From: Moniliella sp. 'wahieum'
Lineage: Eukaryota
Direction: 5' to 3'
NCBI GenBank assembly: GCA_003971905.1
Contig: RSEE01000068.1
Span: 62,001-116,481 of the forward strand
DNA length: 54,481 bases
Part shown: positions 24,151-33,439 of the stretch, piece after piece
Layout of the letters: every line of letters begins with the position of its first letter
Position numbering within the stretch: position 1 is the first letter of the stretch
Translations under genes and position numbers: made by a program
Notes under the pieces: generated by a model
Database searches by the model: none
Seen by the model: only the letters and a program-made list of their open reading frames with translations
What the model was told of the DNA's origin: nothing

Positions 24151-25119
24151 CCCAGCAGGGCCGCCCCATTCTTCAAATCGTTTTACCTGCTCCCAACATA
24201 ATGATATCAGAGCGCTCTGAGCCGCTCCACTCTAGACGACGTCCAACCGTTCGCCTTCACCCACTGTGTATCCAACTTGCATCTGTACTTTGCGCATGTA
24301 TCAACTACCATGTCCGCGCGTCCCGCGTGTATCCAACTACATGACACTTCCCAATCATCATCATGATATCCTCTCTTACCTTTATACAGCCTGCAACGCG
24401 CAAAGATTAGTTCCTCCTAATATACATGCTGTACATAGGTTTGTTTTCCCTCTGAACAGGTGTAGAAGAACCCCTTGCCGTCTCGCACCAAGATCAGCGC
24501 TCAATGGCGGATAAGGACCACAACTGTGTCGTTTTCCTCGTTTCGAGTTGTCTTCGGGGTTTCTTGCGCCAGCTCCGGGCCCTCGAGAGAGGCGAGTTCA
24601 GCAGTGGACTTGGCCTGGCCCGGTTGCCATCCGTAGTCATTTCGTATGGGATCTCATTCACTTGCTTTCGCCTCTCCATTTCCAAGTGCCCTTCTTCCCT
24701 CCCTAGCCTATATGTATACCGCGCGCGTCAAAACCGATTTTCGCGCCTCTCCCTTTTTGGCCATTGGCATGCCTTGCCCACATGCATTGACCATAGTTAG
24801 TCGACTCGACAAGAACACTGCAGTAAGTCGCCCTTGCCAGGTTTTCTTCGCCCCGCTTGCCGCTGATTCCCCACCCATAGACTTGAAAGCAGAACTAGAT
24901 AGCAGATAGCAAAACAGGCATGGGGGCACTCTGTACGGAGATAGTTGACTTGCAGTCAAGTATTTTTTCCCAGGCACAATTCGCAGCCTTCTTTGGCGGT
25001 TCGGTGGCGACATAAGATTGCTTCCATCGCATTCGGTTTTGCGAGAACCGCAAGCCCTATCCTACAGTCCATTCGCTTGTTTCGCCATCTTTCCCACCAA
25101 CCGTTTGTTTGTTGCAACG

Positions 25120-26108
25120 ATGGCAGTCCCTGAACGACCTGAACCGATGCCATGGTCCTCCGTGTGCGCGCTTTCAATCGCTTCTATACGCACCAAGCTG
25201 GCGTACTCGACCGGTACTTGGGATCAGATCTGAGCCTGACCGAGATCCGTATTATGTACGAGTTGGCTCATGCCGGTCTACCCCCGGCACAGATGGCCAC
25301 AGGTCCCAGTCCCGGCTTAACCTCCACTCAGCTTTCCACTCAGCTCGGGTTGGACGCCGGCTACCTTTCCCGCCTGCTCAAACTTTTGTCTCCCGCGGCT
25401 GGGTGGCGCGCACGCCGGACCCAACCGACAAACGACGCGCACTGCTCCATCTGACTCCCTCGGGATGGAAGCATATGCTCCTCTGCTCCACAAGTCCAAT
25501 GAAGAGGTCGCTGCTCGCCTCGCCCCCTGCCTCCTGATCAGCAAGGTGAGCTGGCTCAGGCCATGGATACGATTGAACGTGTCTTTTCCATGGCCCCACC
25601 GGCGCTGGAGCTACGGAGCCAGGGCCTGGCGATCTTGGCTGGGTAGTGTCCCAACACGGAGAGATATACGCCAAGGAGTACGGGTGGGATGCGTCGTTTG
25701 AGGCACTGGTCGCCGACCTCGCGGCTGGGCTGCTCCGCACCCTCGACCTGCGTATGAACGTGGATGGATCGCGCACCTAAACGGACAGCGGGGGGGATCT
25801 ATCTTCCTTGTCCGTTCCCAGCCTGGCGTCGCCAAGATTCGCCTCCTGCTCCTCACCCGGGCCGCACGGTATGGGCCTGGGCTCCACCCTGGTAGATGAG
25901 CGTTGGCGTTTGCTCGCTCCAAGGGCTACACCGCGTGGAACTTTGGACACACTCTTGTCTCCAAGCTGCACGCACCCTCTATTCGCGTAGGGTTCCAGCT
26001 GGTGGAGGAGAACCCGTACGTTGGGTTTGGCGGCACGAGCTGGGGGTGAGCAATGGTCGTTGGATTTGGAGGCCGCGCCTTCCTCCCCCTCGGAGCACCA
26101 ACGTGTAA
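25120..26108 (+). CDS. Bacterial-type bifunctional MarR winged-helix / GNAT acetyltransferase fusion; intronless; frameshifted
   Basis: 'VRAFNRFYTHQAGVLD.YLGSDLSLTEIRIMYELAH', 'LGLDAGYLSRLLK', 'PDPTDKRRALLHLTPSG', 'PGDLGWVVSQHGEIYAKEYGWDASFEALVA', 'ERGWIA', 'AKIRLLL', 'GLGSTLVDE', 'VELWTHSCLQAARTLY', 'GFQLVEE', 'EQWSLDL'. Confidence 0.88.
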
Positions 26109-26840
26109 TTAGAAGGCGATTCCGTTCCCTTCAGCTGCCCTTGCACCACTTTGGCGAGGTGCTAGTCACGCCTCAAGGAGGCCATCATTTGACACCACTC
26201 ATCTTGCTTTCTCCTTCTCATGCTTTCTACTAGAGATGTGCTCCAGACTTTTGTGCTAATACTTGCTATGTTTCCCATTTTAAGGAAGCACTCAACTTCT
26301 TGAGTTTAGGTCCCACTAGTCCGTCGCAGAAAACGCCTGTGTTGTATAGCTTTTCCCCTTACAACGCTAACCTCGGGCAGGACTTCCCCACAATACTCAT
26401 AAGAATTGGCATTGGAGAATAACACTACTACTGTGGCCGCACAACCATAATGATCCCCAAAAATGGAAGGAATACTGCAGGCGGAGACAATAAATGGGAG
26501 AGAGTTATGATCACAAGTTGCAAGTATGGCGAGAGCGGTCTGTTGCGCAGGCGCTAACTCGGCAGCTAAGCTAGCTGTGCAGTTATATGTCACCGTCCTA
26601 TGGGAGTTGGAAACGTTAAAGCGCGTCTCGAAGCACCCGAGTACATAAACAACTAACGAGGGACAGCCTAACAAGATGGTTGGTACACGACCCACCCTAG
26701 CACTTATGCCCGTGTTAGGGAACTGCTGATGGATACATAAGTGCATTGCGCAATTGTGGACCTTGGCACCCAGGCCCCAACCCGACTCAGGCGTCATGAG
26801 AGCTGCCAAGGTAAAGGCGCTGTTATTTAGAAGGACAGTT

Positions 26841-27912
26841 TCAATCCACTCGGATGTAGCGCTCGCCTTCAGTCGTAAACGTCGCGAGGACACTTTCGAT
26901 TTCCGCCAGATCCTCCTTCGAGAGGGTAATGGTCGCGGCGGCTACATTCTCGTCAATGTGCTTGATGTTGGTCGAACCGGGGATGGGCAACACATCCTCT
27001 CCTGCGCAAACAGCCAGGCAAGCGCCACCTGTCCGGCGTGTACCCTAACTTGTCTGCAATCTGTAAGTAGAAAAAAAACGTCAGTTCTTGCTCTTCGTCG
27101 GTGTGGAAGGGGCGGGAGGTGGGAGGGAAAGGGGGTCGGGGCGGGTACGCACAGCCTTGACCTTGTTGACCAGAACCAAGTTCTTGGGGAAGTTCTCCTC
27201 GCTAAAGCGGGTTGGTTGGAAAGACGGAAGTCGTCAGGCGTAAAGTCCGCGCGGGACTTGATCTGACCCGTGAGGAAGCCACGTCCCAAGGGCGAGTAAG
27301 CAACAATTGCCGTGCCGTTCTTCTTGGCCCAGTCGTAGATGCCATTGGTGAAAATGTTGGGCGTAAACAGACTAGCTTCGACTGAAGCGCATCAATGTGA
27401 ACGATCTTTTCGGCGCGTTCCAGCTGCTCCAGCGAGTACTCCGAAACACCCACGTACTTAGTCTTGCCGGCCTCCTTGAGCGCCTTCAAGCCCTCAAGCG
27501 TGGGCTCATCGGCTCCACCGCCCGGTGGGCATAGTACAGATCGACGTGATCCGTGTTGAGCTTGAGCGACTTTTCGAGGGCCTGGAGCGTGTACTCGGTT
27601 GAGGGCGTAGTGATGCCCCTTTCCCCCGTTTCGGAGATGGAGAAGATATGCTTGGTAGCGAGGAAAAACGAGTCACGCGCCTGGATGCGCTGGAAAAAGG
27701 AGCCAATCTGTTCTTCGTTTTCTCCCAGCGAAGGACGCGTGCTGTAGATGTCGTGGTATCAATGTGGGTTACCCCTGCTTGATGAGATGGGCCAGGACAG
27801 CGTCGACTTCGGGCTGGGTTTTGGGCGCGCCGTAGAAGGCGGCGAGGGACATCAACCCGGCACCCAGGTTGGACACGGACGTTGTGCCGATCTTGCGTTG
27901 CGGAAGAGGCAT
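26841..27912 (-). CDS. Aldo-keto reductase, YakC/AKR13 (pyridoxal-reductase-like) type; at least one intron (~27062-27155)
   Basis: 'MPLPQRKIG', 'FFLATK', 'DHVDLYYAH', '[14 protein letters not shown]', '[14 protein letters not shown]', 'GQVALAWL', '[14 protein letters not shown]'. Confidence 0.88.
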
Positions 27913-27981
27913 GCTGGGGGGAAGGCGAGAGAAGGTGGTGGGGAGGGCAGACGCAGCAAGAGGACCGGGGATAGCCTACCC

Positions 27982-27987
27982 TTTATA
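27982..27987 (-). promoter_or_regulatory. TATA box of the YakC-type AKR gene
   Basis: TATAAA on the minus strand ~70 bp upstream of ATG 27912. Confidence 0.45.
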
Positions 27988-28553
27988 TCCCGCCCAGGTG
28001 CCCCACATGCTTTTCCGCGGACGCAGCACTTGGCGTTTTTCTGCTGATGCGTGCTGACGCTGACGTTTGTGCCAGTGGGGGTGGACGCACGGACGCCATG
28101 ACGATATCCGCCTGCCGTGGAACGGGCAAACGCGGGTGTTGGTGTGACGGAGGTGAGGCGGTGATGCAAGATTGCAGCTTTGGCTGATGCTGTGGCCGCC
28201 AGCACGGGGCCACTCAGCGCCACCTCTGCCTGGTGCGGGCAGCCCTGCGCAGCCCCCTTTTCCCCATTCTGTCGGTGTGCGCTCGTGTTGCGTGTCTCCC
28301 GGCGTCTCCTCGCCGCCGCCACGACACCATTCGCTCGTTGCGCTTCGCTCCTCGGATAGACGGCGTGCTCGCTTCTTGCACCGTTGGAATGGGGAAGCTG
28401 GATCTGCCTTCTTGTTTATACAGCTGTGCGCCGGAGAGAGTGATCTGTATCCACAGGGTGCAGCAGTGGCCGAGATGATACTCGATTAGATGGCGTGCAC
28501 ACGTGCACATTGTCCGGTTGGCCGTTGGGGCCGGCAGTGATTAATTCGATTAA

Positions 28554-29020
28554 TGAGTACTCAGACTGAGTACTCAGGCACTGAGTCACGAGAGTCACCT
28601 GTCAATTGCCAACTCAGTAACTCAGTCTCGAGACACGTTGATCGGGTTGATCAGCAGCATCATCGATGGAGCATCGGCCTCATCCATCTCATCCATCTCA
28701 TTGCGCCACCACCTCGCCAGCTCCCAACGCGGAATGCAGCAATCGTCTCCCTTGTCGGCAACAGCCGCGCCACTGCGCCGAGGGCGGCCGGGCTTGGCCT
28801 GCCCCGAACAGGCGCTCGTTCAATCGTTTACGCGAGCAACGTGCGCGCCGCGCTTGGGCGCAACCATTGTGCATTGCAGGGAAGCGGACCGCCGACCGGG
28901 GCCGGAAGCGGACGCCTTCCATAAGATCTAAGATCGACCTTTATCAGATTGTGGCTGTCTAACGTGCTCAACGCTACACGCTCCGACTAAGTTATCAGTA
29001 CCGAGTACTCAGTACTCAGT
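28554..29020. repeat. Palindromic GAGTACTC/ACTCAG motif clusters at both ends of a ~460 bp intergenic segment, with a 10-bp inverted repeat
   Basis: TGAGTACTCA 28554-28563, CTGAGTACTCAG 28566-28577, TGAGTCA 28582-28588, ACTCAGTAACTCAG 28612-28625, GAGTACTCAGTACTCAGT 29003-29020. ACTGAGTACT (28565-28574) is the reverse complement of 29011-29020. Confidence 0.7.
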
Positions 29021-29500
29021 TGGTTCCGCCCCGTTCCGAGTCTCCATCTTCTCTCCCAGTTCCCTTCTCTTCCAAGTTCCGAGCACCGACGATGCGCGGA
29101 TCGGCCAGCAGGTCGCCCTGTTCTCAAGTCTTACTTTGTGCCCTGAGTGGTGACGGCAACGCGACCGCAGGACGTACTACCCTTGCCTCCCCCCGTAACG
29201 CGTAACATAAGCAGCAGAAACCCGTCCCCATCAACTTGGATGTGCAAACACTCAACAACGCAACAGGCAATGGCCCAGCTCCGCCCCGATCCCGCTGCTG
29301 CTCGTTAAAACCTGATCTACTGTATCTGGGAGCTGGATACGCCCAGAGCGCGTTCGATCCGAGGCCGAGCTGCGCTTTTGTGCCCCAAGAGCGTGCCATG
29401 GCGGGAATCGTCTATGGAGAAAGGGAACTCCCATGTGGTGAGATGCATGAAACGCAATGGATGCCATTAGCCTTGGGGAAAGTGAGTGAGGTCGCAACAA

Positions 29501-30542
29501 TTAATCCAGCTTGGACTGGGCCTTGTCGTTGTACTCGGGGTGCTTGTCCTCAAAAATGTCATAGTTGCAGTCGTCCGACTGGTCACACACGCGTGGGCGG
29601 GTGCGCGTTGGCGGCCGCCTCGATCGCGTCGAATTCGGCCTTGGTGAGGGTAATGTAGGCCATGTTGGACTCGATGCGGGACGGGGTGACACTCTTGGGC
29701 AAAACCACCAGGCCGCGGCTCAGGAGCCAGGAAATGACGACCGTAGCAGGCGGCACGCCGCGTGCCTTGGCCACCTCCTCAATCGCCGGCGACGAGTTGT
29801 ACTTGGCACCGGTCGAGCCAAGCGGCGAGTAGGCCTCGACGACAATGTCGTGGCGCTGCAGCCAGTCAATCAGGTCGGGTTGCGGGTTGCCAAAGTTGAC
29901 TTCGATCTGGTTGGCCACCGGCTTGATCTCGGCGTTTTGGAGAATGTAGCGCGTCTTGCGCACATTAAAGATACCAATGCTCTTGACCAAGCCCTTCTTG
30001 ACCAGCGCCTCCATCTTGCGCCACGTGGGCAGAGGGTCATCGGACATCTCCTTGTTGATAATGTACTTGCCCTCGCTCGTCTTCTTCTCCTCAGTGGGGA
30101 GCGAACCATCCGAGGTGGGCACCGGCTCAAAGGCAACAGGCCAGTGCACGAGGTAGAGGTCAAGGTATTCCAGTCCCAGGTCGCTGAGCGTCTTGCGCAC
30201 CGCGCCTCGGGGTCGGCGTGGTGGATCTCGTAGCACTTGCTCGTCACAAAGATCTGGTCGCGCGGCACGCCCGAGTCCTTGATGCCTTGGCCCACTTCAT
30301 TTTCGTTGCCGTAGCACCAGGCTGCGTCAATCAGCTTCTGGCCGTGGGTCAGGGCGTGGGCCACAGCCGTCTCCACCTGGCCGGGGGCACTCTTCCAGGT
30401 GCCGAGGCCCAGAGAGGGGATGGTGTTGCCGTTGGACAGCTTGTAGGAAGCAACAGGCCTACGGCAGAAGACATATCAGCATCTGGGGCACAGAAGAAAA
30501 GGGAGGGAGGAGGCGTGGGACATACTCGTGGTAGGAAACCAT
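29501..30542 (-). CDS. Aldo-keto reductase, Gcy1/Ypr1-like; intron 30459-30525
   Basis: Spliced start 'MVSYHE|PVASYKLSNGNTIPSLGLGTW', 'IDAAWCYGNENEVG', 'IFVTSK', 'LEYLDLYLVHWP', 'EAYSPLGS', 'VLPKSVTPSRIESN'. Confidence 0.92.
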
Positions 30543-31452
30543 GGTGGAGAAGAGATGTGTGTAGAGGTGGTGGTGGTGTGGAAGACGAGTGCATGGCGCG
30601 GGGCCGAGGTGTTAATAGGCCCAAGGGCCTGGGGAAGCTGCCCAGCTACTACGCGCAGAGATAATCGATCCAGCGATAGTCGACAGTCGTGGGTGGATCG
30701 CGGGTGGCACGGACCACAGCCACACCTGCCTCTTGCGGGGGGGGGCGAGGGAGGGAGGACACTGGCGCTGTGCCGCCATCGGGTAATTCTCACGTCGCAA
30801 TATAGTCCGGCCGGCAGCCACGTGGCGCTGCAATTGCTAATTGAGGTGGGCGTTTGGTTTGGCGCTGGCGCTGGGCGCGTGGCGGGGGCCATGTAACGTT
30901 TGGCCACACCCAGGCCAGGCGGAAGATCCCTGACAGATCTCAGATCGCGGCGCAGAAGAGACGGTGCCTGTCCCTCTGGCCTCAAGCTCAAGCCGCCTGG
31001 GCCGACCCACTCGGCGCCTCATCCGTCCACCGTCTCGCCTTGCCGGCCGCCACATCAGCCTATCTCGGGGGCCATGCCCGCTGGCCCCCTTTTCCACATT
31101 CTCTCGTCGGAATATACATTGGCAGACAGACGCACAACCCGCGGGCCTACCGGCCTACCCCGCCTCCTCTCTCCATCATGCATCAACCGAACAAGAGCTT
31201 GTGACGCGGCCCCCATCTCGCGCGCCTGCCTTGCGCTGCAACAAGCCGCCCTAATTCAATACTTTGGTTGGTCGTATCACTGTCTGGAACCAGCCCTGCC
31301 AAGTCACTATAGCACCTGTGCCCGCACTCGCCGTGCCCGGAAGGGTGAGCGTGGAACGAGCGACTTCGGCCAGATCCCGCCTTGATCAACGATTATCGAT
31401 TAGATTAGAACAGTGTATCCTTCAATGGATACAATCGCCAACAATAAAAAAG

Positions 31453-31548
31453 TGGTCAATATGAGGCTTGAACTCATGACCTTGGCATCACCAACACTCC
31501 GAGGCGGATGTATTAGTACCACGCTCTGACCAACTGAGCTAATCGACC
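31453..31548 (-). tRNA. tRNA-Ile (anticodon AAU) with a 22-nt intron (31489-31510)
   Basis: Reverse complement GGTCGATTAGCTCAGTTGGTCAGAGCGTGGTA-CT-AAT-A-[intron]-ATGCCAAGGTCATGAGTTCAAGCCTCATATTGACCA. A box, T-loop GTTCAA, paired stems, intron after position 37, and a downstream T6 Pol III terminator (31446-31451). Confidence 0.93.
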
Positions 31549-31667
31549 GATGTTTAACCAGTTCTTCGTGCCTATTGTGTGCCAACAGCTGCTTTGCCTC
31601 GCTTGTTCGCTGACTGGCTTCTTCTTGCCTGGCCTTGGCCACCTGCTGTGGGTGGGCGAGGCGCAGG

Positions 31668-33186
31668 ATGCCACCTCCTTCGCGTCTGGGTGTGGTCGTT
31701 GCCGCGTCGGGCGGAGCGACTCGGTGGGGCTGCTGCTGCTGTGTGCGCAGGTGGCCCGCGCCGCGCCCTGGCTGCACGTGGAGGCGGTGACGTGCGACCA
31801 CGGGTTGCGCCCCAGCAGCGCGGACGAAGCGCGCGGGGTGGCGAGCCTGGCCGCGCGCCTGGGCCTCCGCCACACCACCTACCGTCTCCCCGCCGCCCCC
31901 GCCGGCGCAGCAGTGGTGCCATGTGGATCGCGCGAGGACGCGCTGCGCACGTGGAGGTACCGCTGTCTGGCGTCGCATCTGCACACATCCCGCGCCCACG
32001 TCCTCCTCACCGCCCACCACGCCCAAGATCAAGTGGAGACAATGGCTTTGCGCTGGGCCGGCGGCTCGCGATCCGCCTCGGACGGGCTGGCTGGCATGCG
32101 TACCGTAACCCGCCTTGCGCCAGCTCGGTTTGGTCTGCCCCCCTGGCCGTTGGCGCAGCAGGCGGAGCAAGCGGCGGCGGCGGTGGGTGGCGACGCGGTG
32201 CGGGCGCATGGGGTGGCGCATCGCATGCTCGTTGCGGACCAAGCGCCCGGGATGGAAGAGCAGTTGCTCGTTCGTCCGTTTTTGCAGGTGAACAAGACGA
32301 CGTTGCGCAACGTGTGTCTGGCGCGCGGGGAGCGGTGGTTCGAGGACGAAAGCAATACCGATCCCACCGTCGGCGTGCGCAACGAGATTCGTGCGTTTCT
32401 GGCCGACCCAAAGGCGGACAAGGTGAGTGAAGCAATGCGGTGCAAGTACACGTCCCTTTTCCAGGATCTTGGCTCGGCGTTCGCGCTGGAGGACCGGAGC
32501 CCCCGGGGTTTGGCCCGCCTCGTCACGCAGCTCGCCACCCAACGCAACCACTGGACTTGGAGGCGGAAGCGGTAGCGATGGCCATGCAAATCCGCCTGCC
32601 TGCCCCGGTCTGGATGCCAGACACGACGCGTTGGGGGCTGCCGGCGCATCCACGTTCGAGTCTGCTGGTTGGACCGTACCCGGCGTCAGCACCGGCGCCG
32701 GTCCGCGCCCACGCACTCGCTCTCCTGCTCGATGCCGTGTCACCGTTCCCCAGCGGCAGCCCCGAAGCGCGCGGCCGCTCTTCGCGCTCCTGGGACGCGG
32801 CATGTACCTTGTTGGACCCCGACCCCGACCCCGACTCCGACCCAGCCCTCCGACCCGGCCCAGGCAAACTGACCTTGGCCGGGGTCCAAATACGAAGGAC
32901 AACGATTCGTGCTCGAGGCCAGCCCTCACCCGGGCCATCGTCTTGTCGCGCCAACCGCCGACGCGGGAAGAAGGCAATCGCAACGAGTGCGCTGGCTCAC
33001 TTGCCCGAAGCGTGGACGCTGCTGGACCAACGCCTGCTCCTTCGTCCCTCGCGACAGGCACAGGGGGTGGAACAGTACTGGGCTCGGCCCGGGTGCAACT
33101 CCAGTCCACCCTGCCTCCTGGTTGGCGAGTTGGTGGTTCGGCTGCAACAGGCTGCGGAGCTCTACCGCCACGGTCCTGGTCGGTAA
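31668..33186 (+). CDS. tilS: TilS-like PP-loop ATPase (tRNA(Ile)-lysidine synthetase family); C-terminal half poorly conserved; frameshifted
   Basis: 'MPPPSRLGVVVAASGGA(D)S' (P-loop, one base missing), 'VTCDHGLRPSSADEA', 'RTWRYRCL', 'LLTAHHAQDQVETM', 'GLAGMR', 'LVRPFL', 'WFEDESNTDP...RNEIR'. Confidence 0.85.
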
Positions 33187-33439
33187 ACGGGTAGGCATCA
33201 CCGCGTCTCCTCCTTCTCTCTCGCCTGCGGGCGTTCATCGACGTGACCTTTCGGTCAATCCATTAATTACTATTCAAATGAGCGACAGGGCTCGGATCGA
33301 GGGATCCGCAGCGTTCGTTAGCGCTACGCGGGGGCTGGCAAGAAGGGTAAAGAGCCAAGGGGGAAAGGGATTGCAAGGAGTGCAGAGAATAGGTAGACAA
33401 GGGGAATAAGGGGAAGGAGGGGGCAGGCAGGGGAAAGAA

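Noticed and set aside
28554..28630. CRISPR-like array
   Set aside because: The repeats are only 8-12 bp without regular spacers, there are no cas genes, and the context is eukaryotic.
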